In this document: one piece after another, positions 1-8,269 of the stretch | How the letters are laid out: each line of letters starts with the position of its first letter | Position numbering within the stretch: position 1 is the first letter of the stretch | Source of the DNA: Candidatus Poribacteria bacterium | GTDB lineage: Bacteria > Poribacteria > WGA-4E > JAJDTR01 | Length of the DNA stretch: 64,000 bases | Reading direction: 5' to 3' | NCBI GenBank assembly: GCA_965222225.1 | Contig: CBDCTK010000002.1 | Coordinates: 448,001-512,000, forward strand | Made by a program: the position numbers and the translations under genes | Notes under the pieces: generated by a model | The model's database searches: none | Seen by the model: the letters and a program-made list of their open reading frames with translations, nothing else | Told to the model about the DNA's origin: nothing

Positions 1-544
1 TGAGATTAATGAACAACATGGTATTATTAACTAACTTGGTGACGCTTCCTGCTCCCGCTGGTCCCATATAAACAACATTTTTTCCCATACACTGCAATAA
101 GGGTTGAAAGTGCTCAAAATCTCTGCTTTTTCCGCCCACAAATATCGTGAGTGTCCCGTCCCGTGCGCCAAACACACCTCCGCTAACCGGCGCATCTAGT
201 ACACGAAGCCCCTGTTCATCTCCGATTTCAGCAAGTCTGCGCACCATTGCCGGCGAATTGGTGCTCAGGTCGATATACCCTTCACCGCCACGCAATCCGG
301 CGAAAACTCCGTCGTCGCCCAAAACCACAGTTTCAACTTCGCTTGGTCCAGGGAGTGATGTGCATACCACGTCAGAAAGAACCGCCACCGCTTTTGGGTT
401 TTCCTCCCATTGCGCCCCGGCATTCTCAAGATTGTGACCTGCTTCACGACACACATCGTGGATCGCTAGGTCGTAACCGGCCTTAAGGAGGTTACATGCC
501 ATCGGATTGCCCATATTTCCAAGGCCTATGAAACCGATTCTCAC
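1..544 (-). CDS. NAD(P)-dependent oxidoreductase, 3-hydroxyisobutyrate dehydrogenase/2-hydroxy-3-oxopropionate reductase family (runs off window start)
   Basis: Manual translation from GTG at 544: MRIGFIGLGNMGNPMACNLLKAGY...IDLSTNSP...VLDAPVSGG...GTLTIFVGG; not in the ORF track because it is truncated. Confidence 0.9.
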   Translation of the reverse strand, partial: MRIGFIGLGNMGNPMACNLLKAGYDLAIHDVCREAGHNLENAGAQWEENPKAVAVLSDVVCTSLPGPSEVETVVLGDDGVFAGLRGGEGYIDLSTNSPAMVRRLAEIGDEQGLRVLDAPVSGGVFGARDGTLTIFVGGKSRDFEHFQPLLQCMGKNVVYMGPAGAGSVTKLVNNTMLFINL

Positions 545-647
545 AATTGCCCCTTCCCGCACATATTTTCACTCACGAATATCCTACAGCCGTAATGTGA
601 TGAATCGCGGCGATTTCGCCTGAGTTTTAAAATTCATTTATGCCACA

Positions 648-1034
648 CTAACGCGATATCTCATGGGTCGGGAAATCTGCTGGCATTGTGATTTCCAACA
701 CTTCGAAGTCGTCGGAATACTCCAACACCTCATGCTTGACGTTGGGCGCTTGATACCAAACATCTCCGGCTTTAACATGAATCTCGCCGATGTCTTCCAG
801 GTAGACCCGTGCCGATCCCTTGATTAGGTAATTCATCTGGAATTCCAGATCATGATAGTGATAGCCCATAGGGCCTTCACACGTTTCGTTTGCGCGAATG
901 ATGTGTGCCATCACTTTGCCATTGGTAGCCTCCTTTATTTCGAGGCCACGGTATGACATATACGATCGCAGACCTTCTGTCCAAGTGGCGTCCGTTGCAT
1001 GTGCAGCAAATGATTTGCCTGTCGCTTCAGCCAT
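648..1034 (-). CDS. cupin domain protein
   Basis: HYH...Q...G...H motif pair (YHYHDLEFQMNY; GDVWYQAPNVKH); AGGAGG SD before ATG 1034. Confidence 0.85.
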   Translation of the reverse strand: MAEATGKSFAAHATDATWTEGLRSYMSYRGLEIKEATNGKVMAHIIRANETCEGPMGYHYHDLEFQMNYLIKGSARVYLEDIGEIHVKAGDVWYQAPNVKHEVLEYSDDFEVLEITMPADFPTHEISR

Positions 1035-1472
1035 CGTGTCGTTCCTCCTTCTTCTCTGGGATAAAGGAAAAATACAAGGAATCGATTGGTAATGCCCTGT
1101 ACATTCCACCTCTTACGCCACAGTGAATCGCCATTACGAGGCACTAGAGTATTCAACTGCATAAGTCCTATAAACCTCAAGCGATTATAGCATAACATCC
1201 GAAAAAGACAACGAAAAACCTCCTTGGGGCGTTGTGTCATGATGTGCTAATCCCGACCTTTTGACTGTATTGACGGGCATCTATTGATCGAAGTCGATTA
1301 GCCGGGACAGCGTTTGTCTGCGCGAATCGTATATAGAATAATATTGACAAAAATACCGCCTTAATATACTATGCCCCCAACTCTAATCGTCGTTATTTGG
1401 ACGGATTGATTGGGTGAGAACTCATGCCAATTTATAATTCATTTTAACCGCAAACTAAGGGAGTAGATAGAG

Positions 1473-2504
1473 ATGAGTGATGAAACAATCCGAGTTGGCG
1501 TTATTGGCGCAGGTGCAAACACGACTTCGCGCCATATTCCGGGACTACAAGCCATTGATGACGTTGAAATTGTCGGAGTTTGCAATCGAAGCCGTGAGTC
1601 ATCGGAGCGAGTTGCAAAGGAATTCAACATTCCAAAGACCTATGAGGGGTGGCAAGACGCAATCTCCGACCCGGACACAAATGCCATTGTCATTGGGACA
1701 TGGCCATATATGCACTGTCGTACGACAGTGGCGGCGTTGGAGGCGGACAAGCACGTGATGTGCGAGGCGCGAATGGCGATGAACGCCCAAGAAGCACATG
1801 CAATGCGCGACGCATCTCGCGAGAAACCCCATCTCGTTGCGCAGATTGTCCCGTCGCCGATGACGCTAGGGCAAGACAAGGGGATTACGCGGCTCATTGC
1901 CGAAGGCTTCCTTGGTGAAGTGTTGGTAATTGAGATACGTAGCGGGGGTCTATTCCTCGACCCCGATGCACTGCTGCACTGGCGCGAAAACTTCGACTTG
2001 AGCGGACTCAACATTATGAGCATGGGAATTTGGTATGAAGCCGCCATGCGTTGGGTGGGGGAAGCAACGCGTGTGATGGCAATGGGAAAGACCTTTGTCA
2101 GAATGCGTAAGGACGCCGAGGGTGTCATCCGTTCCACCCGTATTCCCAATCACATTGATGTGACTGCCGACATGGCATGCGGCGCTCAATTGCACCTTCA
2201 AGTTTCAAACGTTGCGGGGCTGGCTGGACCAGACGAGGTCTTCCTGTTCGGAAGTAATGGAACGCTTCGTATCGCCGACGACACGCTCTACGGAGGACAG
2301 AGGGAAGATTCCGCGCTTTCAGAGATCTCGCTTTCGTCCGACGAGATAGGCGCGTGGCGTGTGGAAGAGGAGTTTGTGAGTGCGATTCGAGGAAACGGAC
2401 CCATAACCCACACTAATTTTGAGGATGGCGTGAAGTATATGGAATTTACTGAAGCGGTGAACTTAAGCATGGAAACGGGGACGGTGGTCAGCTTGCCGCT
2501 GTAG
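1473..2504 (+). CDS. Gfo/Idh/MocA family oxidoreductase
   Basis: VGVIGAG Rossmann motif, KHVMCEARMA; GGGAG SD; TTGACA at 1344. Confidence 0.92.
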   Translation: MSDETIRVGVIGAGANTTSRHIPGLQAIDDVEIVGVCNRSRESSERVAKEFNIPKTYEGWQDAISDPDTNAIVIGTWPYMHCRTTVAALEADKHVMCEARMAMNAQEAHAMRDASREKPHLVAQIVPSPMTLGQDKGITRLIAEGFLGEVLVIEIRSGGLFLDPDALLHWRENFDLSGLNIMSMGIWYEAAMRWVGEATRVMAMGKTFVRMRKDAEGVIRSTRIPNHIDVTADMACGAQLHLQVSNVAGLAGPDEVFLFGSNGTLRIADDTLYGGQREDSALSEISLSSDEIGAWRVEEEFVSAIRGNGPITHTNFEDGVKYMEFTEAVNLSMETGTVVSLPL

Positions 2505-2649
2505 GCGGAAATACGACGCAGCGACCGACAAAGAACCGAATCTCCTCATACCGGATCTTATTAGTGGGCGCTTATCGCTTCAGTGCGATACAGTGGTGTT
2601 ATAGATGCCTCACCGCTCCCTGAACACCAATAGCTGGAATCGGCGCATA

Positions 2650-2808
2650 GTGCCTACCAGCACTCCTGGGGAAATTGAATGGCGCAACTGCAAAGCGTGG
2701 ATTGAAAACGGCCTTCCGCGCCACAACGATTATTTGAGTGCCCTAGCAGGGATTGCCGAAAGATTGGGCGTTGAGACATTTTGGGATGTGCGTGAAACTG
2801 ATAGATAG
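2650..2808 (+). pseudogene. 3' remnant of a gene, probably Ldh_2 (malate/L-lactate dehydrogenase-like) family
   Basis: PGEIEWRNCKAWIENGLPRHNDYLSALAGIAERLGVETFW resembles Ldh_2 C-termini; paralogous remnant at 25553-25668. Confidence 0.45.
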
Positions 2809-2891
2809 CGGAGATTAACTAAAGCGATGGCAAGTTATGCCATTTCGCTTGAATAATGTTGCGGAGTTAGTCGTTAGAGACTTCTCAAACA

Positions 2892-2984
2892 AAATCACCC
2901 TAGAAGCCTTCCGTTTTAGATTTCAGTGTTAAGTGTTAAGGTAAGGTACAGAACACTGGGAAAGAATTGCTTCTAGGGTGATTT
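2892..2984. repeat. long hairpin with 16-bp perfect arms just inside the left TIR
   Basis: AAATCACCCTAGAAGC (2892-2907) / GCTTCTAGGGTGATTT (2969-2984); inner CAGTGTT/AACACTG stem. Confidence 0.85.
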
Positions 2985-3000
2985 CTGAGCTATCTTAAGT

Positions 3001-3441
3001 CTACTCGTTGAATGAAACCTTGATAATGTGTCCTTCCAGATTCACCTTGGCTCTCGCAGATTGAGGAACGATACCTCCAAACATATTTGAAGCGCGATAT
3101 TTAGTCAAGACAATGATATGATCTCCGTTGTCTATGTATCCTGTTTCCACGTGCTTATAGAAATCAGGATCTAGGAGATTTTCCTTAATGCGTTACGTAA
3201 GATTGATGTGAGAACCGTCCCAGAAATGAAATTGAGCTTTGATTGACTTCTTCCTTTCCAACTCTTTTTGTTCAGCTTCAGTCAATACAGGCTCAGTTTC
3301 AACTTCTTCCTTGTCTGATTCTATCAATTCATCTTCATTCCCTCCAGAAAAGATTCCAATCAGAATCAAAGCGACAATCCCTATCACTATGAATGCCGAT
3401 CGTTTTTCCTTCTTGGTTAATTCCTCCCATTTCTTACTCAT
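3001..3441 (-). pseudogene. membrane-anchored hypothetical protein (phage/MGE-type WDGSH...DPD.Y.H.ET...N.FGG family) with in-frame stop
   Basis: Frame continues past TAA at 3193-3195: ...WDGSHINLT*RIKENLLDPDFYKHVETGYIDNGDHIIVLTKYRASNMFGGIVPQ... to TAG at 3001. Confidence 0.8.
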
Positions 3442-3486
3442 TTTCCCCTCCATGAAAAAGAGGGGACAACCCGCAGGCTGCCCCTC

Positions 3487-3528
3487 TTACTGAGGCAGAC
3501 CTAACGGGAATATCATTACGTTTCCCAT
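3487..3528 (-). CDS. putative 13-aa leader/micro-peptide MGNVMIFPLGLPQ
   Basis: AAGGGAG SD; stop codon overlaps a GC hairpin plus U-tract (3455-3488). Confidence 0.35.
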   Translation of the reverse strand: MGNVMIFPLGLPQ

Positions 3529-3593
3529 TCAGGTTCTCCCTTTGTTTTTGTATTGACGCAATACCTATGCGCCACCCGAATTCACGGGATCAA

Positions 3594-3622
3594 TTGACAG
3601 AAATCCCTACAGATGTTATAAA
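3594..3622 (+). promoter_or_regulatory. sigma70-type promoter
   Basis: TTGACA-17bp-TATAAA with extended -10 TG. Confidence 0.75.
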
Positions 3623-3628
3623 GACAAC

Positions 3629-3728
3629 AGGTGACGCAAGTGAGTTTCCCACTCGCATACCTTTGCGTTGCCTATGGCGTTCCTCTGCCTGTGGATACTG
3701 GCATATCTGCAGGCATGAACGGCATTTT
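3629..3728 (+). ncRNA. putative ~100-nt two-hairpin structured RNA or 5' leader
   Basis: Begins at the predicted TSS; stems AGGTGACGCAA/TTGCGTTGCCT and TGCCTGTGGATA/TATCTGCAGGCA, with G-U pairs that favour the + strand. Confidence 0.55.
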
Positions 3729-3889
3729 ATCGTAGGAAAAATCTATCGGTGATTGTCATGATATACGGGAAGCGCGATGTATGTCAACTCAAAACTCTCT
3801 ATACGTTTTGAGGGAATTAGATTTGCACCGGGCAAGGAAATATGGTAAAGAAGTGAACTTGTACGTTTAACAAAAAGGGAGGAAATAGA

Positions 3890-4123
3890 ATGTTTATAAG
3901 CAAAAAAGGCGATAATCGAATTCACAATCTTAGAAATGCCAGCACTATATATTTCCAGAAAGTGAGAGACGGTCATTACACTATCTTCGCCAGATTTCCT
4001 ACAGAAGAAGATAATTCACTAAAGAAAATAGCAGAAGGACTATCAGATAAGGAAGTTGTATTCACATTTATTTCGATTAAGAATGCGCTCGCCGAAGGTA
4101 AGAATTTCTTAGAGTTACCATAA
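3890..4123 (+). CDS. hypothetical 77-aa IS passenger protein
   Basis: GGGAGG SD, open frame, hairpin follows. Confidence 0.7.
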   Translation: MFISKKGDNRIHNLRNASTIYFQKVRDGHYTIFARFPTEEDNSLKKIAEGLSDKEVVFTFISIKNALAEGKNFLELP

Positions 4124-4152
4124 AAAAAGGCTGAGAGCGTCAACTCTCAGCC
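4122..4152 (-). terminator. intrinsic terminator for the transposase-strand transcript
   Basis: GGCTGAGAG-ttgacg-CTCTCAGCC followed by T7 on the minus strand. Confidence 0.8.
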
Positions 4153-4210
4153 AAACCATATTCATCCCCCACAGGGAAAATTCTATGGCACCAAAGGAAG
4201 GTGATTTCCT

Positions 4211-4384
4211 ATGGCAAGATTCTATACGTCTAAAGGGAAAGTGATAAAATTGAGACCAGTTAAGGATTTCCGTGAATTCTTCAAGAAAAGGCAAGCATGG
4301 AGAACATGGACACCGGAATGCCACCGAGATCTCAAGCGAAAATCCTCTCCATATAGAAACCGAAGATATCCTTTTCCTTCCTGA
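4211..4384 (+). CDS. putative 57-aa basic micro-protein convergent with and overlapping the transposase 3' end
   Basis: AAGGAAGGTG SD; MARFYTSKGKVIKLRPVKDFREFFKKRQAWRTW... Confidence 0.45.
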   Translation: MARFYTSKGKVIKLRPVKDFREFFKKRQAWRTWTPECHRDLKRKSSPYRNRRYPFPS

Positions 4385-5192
4385 GATTATACTTGTAGCA
4401 GGCTTCTCGAACATACATCGGAAGCCACTTGACGGAGTAGTGATGATGCGTTCCGTGGAAGGCTCTCTTGAGTAACGCCCAGAAGGATTCAATCGTATTC
4501 GTGTGAGTGAATCCATCTTCGCTCACATATTCCTTGGATTTGTGACTTATCACATGTCGTTCCATTTCCGTATTCATGATGTTGTATGCTTGAAATTCAT
4601 CTGTCATGAGAGTAGAATCCTTTGAGGCATTCCCTAGGATAAAATCTTTGAGATTCACGCCAGTTAGTTTCCGCATCATCTGAGCAACAACTCTCCCGCC
4701 ACGCTCTACTATTCCAACAACTGGCGTCTTCTTTGTTCCTCTACCTCTCTTGTTACCTCTGCCTCTTGGCTTTCCACCGACATATGTTTCGTCCACTTCC
4801 ACGATTCCATTGAGAAGCGCATCGTCTCCCTCCGCCATCTTTTCTCTGATTCTCATTGCCATATACCACGCTGTCTTCTGATTCATATCCAATTCACGAG
4901 CGAGCTGGCACGAGGAAACGGATTTTTTGGCGTTGGAAATAATGGAAATTGCCATGAACCATTTCCTGAGAGGGACTCTCGTTTTGTGAAACATAGTCTG
5001 AGCTGTAACAGTGAAGGTTGAGTGACAATCGTGACAATTCCAGCCATGGTCAAGATGTAACTTATTCCTGCGACCTACATGTGTACTTCCACAATGGATA
5101 CAAGCGACTCCGTCAGGCCATCGGAGAGACTCAAGATGTAAGATGCAGGAATCTTCGTCTGGGAAAGTTTCCATAAGGTTAAAGATGTTCAT
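4332..5192 (-). CDS. IS1595 family transposase (Zn ribbon + ISXO2-like DDE domain)
   Basis: CIHCG...CHDC; EVDETY, TDE, HTNTIESFWALLKR. Confidence 0.97.
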   Translation of the reverse strand: MNIFNLMETFPDEDSCILHLESLRWPDGVACIHCGSTHVGRRNKLHLDHGWNCHDCHSTFTVTAQTMFHKTRVPLRKWFMAISIISNAKKSVSSCQLARELDMNQKTAWYMAMRIREKMAEGDDALLNGIVEVDETYVGGKPRGRGNKRGRGTKKTPVVGIVERGGRVVAQMMRKLTGVNLKDFILGNASKDSTLMTDEFQAYNIMNTEMERHVISHKSKEYVSEDGFTHTNTIESFWALLKRAFHGTHHHYSVKWLPMYVREACYKYNLRKEKDIFGFYMERIFA

Positions 5193-5364
5193 GGCACGAA
5201 CTATACGTACCGATGAACTATGAAACTGTCACCTCAGAGAAAAACGTATAAGATAGGTTGGTTCATTTGATCCAATTTACGAATTTTTGAGTTGCTATTG
5301 CGTACGAATCTGTATCTTTTTGACTTTACTTTTCAATTAATGCAAGTTATAATAAATGTCAAAT

Positions 5365-5406
5365 AAAAAAAGCAGGACATCTGTGGCTAGACAGAATGCC
5401 CTGCTT
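5365..5406 (-). terminator. intrinsic terminator of the micro-peptide operon
   Basis: AGCAGGGCAT...ATGTCCTGCT followed by a T run. Confidence 0.8.
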
Positions 5407-5423
5407 GGTTGAGTCAAACGCTA

Positions 5424-5513
5424 TTAACGTCTGACTCTTCTGACGGTGACAACCTTCTTGACGCGAATCCTGCGTACACGTCTAACGATTGTCACCGTTT
5501 TTCGAACAGCCAT
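5424..5513 (-). CDS. 29-aa Arg/Val-rich cationic peptide MAVRKTVTIVRRVRRIRVKKVVTVRRVRR
   Basis: Perfect AAGGAGGT SD; varied codons, so not a simple DNA repeat; terminator immediately downstream. Confidence 0.75.
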   Translation of the reverse strand: MAVRKTVTIVRRVRRIRVKKVVTVRRVRR

Positions 5514-5609
5514 GGTATTACCTCCTTGGCTTATTTATGAGGAATTGCCCAAACATCAATTCCCCGTGAATATTCAGACATGGTTTCCGTTCGGGATGTC
5601 TGTAAACGC

Positions 5610-5732
5610 TTATTTGCGTTTGGTACACTTTTTGTCTTTTTCGACAACAGTGGTTCTGGGATTACGTTTCGCAGTTTCCTTTTTGACGTATCTCCCAGTT
5701 ATTGCACTTCGTGCCTTTCCTTTGGAAGCCAT
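5610..5732 (-). CDS. 40-aa basic protein MASKGKARSAITGRYVKKETAKRNPRTTVVEKDKKCTKRK
   Basis: AAGGAGG SD; matches the RSA.TG.(F/Y)V....A...P.TTV.E motif of a widespread small MGE-associated protein family (recalled, not searched). Confidence 0.8.
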   Translation of the reverse strand: MASKGKARSAITGRYVKKETAKRNPRTTVVEKDKKCTKRK

Positions 5733-5786
5733 TGTTATTCCTCCTTCTGTGGCGCTGATTCTAGCAGGATTGGCGCCATGATGAGG

Positions 5787-5815
5787 ATGATATCACACTG
5801 AATCCTATTTTTCAA
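5787..5815 (-). promoter_or_regulatory. sigma70-type promoter of the micro-peptide operon
   Basis: TTGAAA-17bp-TATCAT with extended -10 TG. Confidence 0.65.
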
Positions 5816-5979
5816 CTAAAAATTCATTCCAGCCTACAGAATCGGATTTTACACCCCTCTCCACTATCCTACCATTGATTGACGCTCTAATCGCCCTGTG
5901 TGACAAATACGATGGATTAAAAGGCTTATATTTGCATCTTTAACTATCAGTTTTGAGGTGAATTACTCAAATGTGATAC

Positions 5980-5999
5980 TTATCCACAAGTTATCCACA
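5980..5999 (+). promoter_or_regulatory. two tandem consensus DnaA boxes
   Basis: TTATCCACA at 5980-5988 and 5991-5999. Confidence 0.7.
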
Positions 6000-6084
6000 A
6001 TTAACAGACTAACGCTGTAAATCTATTTCCCCTTATACTTATACGCATTGAGCGAAAATGGGAAGTCTCTAACGACTAATTCCG

Positions 6085-6834
6085 AACAATTTTCAGTTCT
6101 AGTATGCGATACGATGCCGGACGTGCAATTGATAGCTAATGGCCAGTGCTTTCCACGATACCGCTATCGGAAACCGTCGGAGCAGGGATCTGAGCTTCCG
6201 GGTGTTGAGGAGGATTCTCATTGTGTTGATAACATATCGGACACGGTGTTGCGTGTCTTCCGTGAGCACTATTGCAACGACGCAATTACGAAAGACACTA
6301 TCTTCGACTACGTCTATGGCGTTCTGCACACGCCCAGATATTGTGAAGAGTTTGCAAACAACCTGTCAAAGGAGTTGCCGCGTATCCCTTTCGCGCCCGA
6401 TTTCTATGCGTTCGCAGAAGCGGGGAGAGCGCTTGGCGAACTCCACCTCAGTTACGAGCGATGTGAACGATACTCGCTGAATCTCGTATTCGCACATGAA
6501 GGGGAACCGTTGCCTAGACACTTCCTAACTAACTGAGAAGGCGATGCGTTTCGCGGACGATGAGAAAACGACGCTCAGGATCAACGAGCATGTGAGTTTG
6601 TCCGGCATTCCGGCGGAAGCGCATCGGTACATCGTCAACGGGAGAACACCGCTGGAGTGGTACATTGATCGGTATAGAATTAAGAAGGACAAAGAGAGCG
6701 GGATTGTCAACGATCCGAATGGGTGGTTTGAGGATCCGCGTGACTTGGTTGCCGCGATTGAGCGGATTGTGTATGTGAGTGTGGAGTCAACGCGGATTAT
6801 TGAGGGGTTGCCGAGGGACGTGACGGGACAATGA
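6085..6834 (+). pseudogene. C-terminal fragment of a type ISP (LlaGI/LlaBIII-like) restriction-modification enzyme, IS-truncated and frameshifted
   Basis: GQCFPRYRY, DYVYGVLH.P.Y...FANNL.KELPRIP, Y.VNGRTPLEW.IDRY...DKESGIVNDPN; frameshift at duplicated CTAA ~6527-6534. Confidence 0.88.
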
Positions 6835-6943
6835 GAGGTGTAAGGGTTTCAGTATAGTGTGTTTCCATCAAACGAAGATTTAAGGAGAGATCCGATGAGA
6901 AGACTTAGAAGAGGACTTGGATTTTTGGAGGTCTGCAATTTAT

Positions 6944-7312
6944 ATGTCTCCAGCCGCGTTCTCTGTTATCATCAGCGTGTCTCTTGCGGGTTGTGTAGCC
7001 AGTAAACAGCCTTCAACGCGGGAAATAATGAACTCTTGGATGGGAAACCATATTTCACAGGTTATCCGTAGCTGGGGAGCATATGACCAAGTCGTTTCAG
7101 ATGGTGCAGGTGGAAAAATCTACATTTGGATAACATACCGCGACGATAGTATTCTTGATATCTTGCCTCCTCCGCGCGGCAATAGTATCTCAGCAGCAAT
7201 TGCTCGAGTACAGCGAGCTGAAATAAGGAGGCGCGCCGCTACACCGCTAAAGAGGGAAATGTATGTAGGCCCAAATGGCGGCGTATACTCGTGGAGAGTT
7301 TCAGGGGAATAA
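6944..7312 (+). CDS. putative lipoprotein
   Basis: Hydrophobic N-terminus with lipobox LAGC; SWMGNHISQVIRSWG motif; start uncertain. Confidence 0.65.
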   Translation: MSPAAFSVIISVSLAGCVASKQPSTREIMNSWMGNHISQVIRSWGAYDQVVSDGAGGKIYIWITYRDDSILDILPPPRGNSISAAIARVQRAEIRRRAATPLKREMYVGPNGGVYSWRVSGE

Positions 7313-7536
7313 CGCTGACACAAGTACACATTGCGAATTGATTAGATTGCTCAACGCCTCTTACAGACGGACATACTTCAGGGGAAAAAATGGTGCGCAG
7401 CAGGATGGCTATGAGACATTCAATCGCCTTCCGTATTCGTTGGGTCGATCTCAGTTGATCTGTCGACTCATAGCTTAGGGTTTAGATTGATATCGCTTTG
7501 CTCAACCCAACCTACATTTCAAGACTGAATCCATTG

Positions 7537-8007
7537 CTACTTTGTAGACTCCGTCCAGAAATTTGTGACATCGCCATCGGCATCCATGATTTCACATGAA
7601 ACGAACCCCATTTTTCCTAGATACTTCTCCCCTGCTTGAAAATTTTGGAGATATATGTATCCGTAAGGTTCAAGTACGTATGTCCATATACCTCCATTGA
7701 CCACCAAGTATTCCTCTGACGCGATTGTAATCGTACCTTGTACGGTTACTTCCTCCCACCCGTCATTTTTCAGATACTCTACTGCGCCGCTTTTAACTGA
7801 GGAATCACCCATCGCGAAGCGCAGAATAAGGTCCAAGATTGCGTTGTTAAGTGCCTTCCTCTGCAGCGAAGTCAACCGATGAAGTCCAGCTTGTTTTTGT
7901 TGTGGGGCAGTCATAAGCCTTATGAAGTCAATAGTCAGCGTATCTGCACACAGTCCTGTCAATAGTAGGGTTAACGCACCTATTACTATCATGCATCGTA
8001 CTTTCAT
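7537..8007 (-). CDS. secreted hypothetical protein
   Basis: AGGAG SD, signal-peptide-like N-terminus. Confidence 0.7.
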   Translation of the reverse strand: MKVRCMIVIGALTLLLTGLCADTLTIDFIRLMTAPQQKQAGLHRLTSLQRKALNNAILDLILRFAMGDSSVKSGAVEYLKNDGWEEVTVQGTITIASEEYLVVNGGIWTYVLEPYGYIYLQNFQAGEKYLGKMGFVSCEIMDADGDVTNFWTESTK

Positions 8008-8269
8008 GGTTGGCTCCTTCCTAGAAACGGTAGTCGGTCCATGTTTGCACTTGACGGAGCTAGACGCTCCAGCCCAAGGAAGCGTGTCAGATTATTCACG
8101 GATTTACCAAGGGATAGCGAGAGACTTCGCTAATCGCTCGGTTTAGGGTCTTACTATCGCCCTCGTTGTCCACTTGACCGAACAGTGCCCGCCCACGAAT
8201 TCGAGCAGGTTAAGCACGCTCCAGATGCTCCAAAATTACTTAAACCACGCGATATAGTTGCGGGTTGGG

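Larger units (their letters stand above)
2862..6084 (-). mobile_element. IS1595-family transporter IS (ISNha5-like CGGnnTT ends) carrying passengers, 3223 bp
   Basis: 26-bp TIRs CGGAGTTAGTCGTTAGAGACTTCTCA (2862-2887) and TGGGAAGTCTCTAACGACTAATTCCG (6059-6084), 2 mismatches; internal IS1595 transposase; lower GC; no TSD. Confidence 0.9.

Noticed and set aside
3193-3195. Stop-codon recoding (alternative genetic code) to explain in-frame TAA here and at 36665
   Set aside because: TAA, TAG and TGA all terminate conserved genes normally in this window.
5446-5781. 111-aa hydrophobic + strand ORF
   Set aside because: Antisense shadow of the two minus-strand micro-ORFs that have SD, promoter and terminator.
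5960-6050. Chromosomal oriC
   Set aside because: Only two DnaA boxes, located inside IS TIRs, with no dnaA/dnaN/gidA context.
6048-6084. N-terminus MSENGKSLTTNS of the ORF at 6048
   Set aside because: Translation of the IS right TIR fused to the R-M remnant, not a native start.
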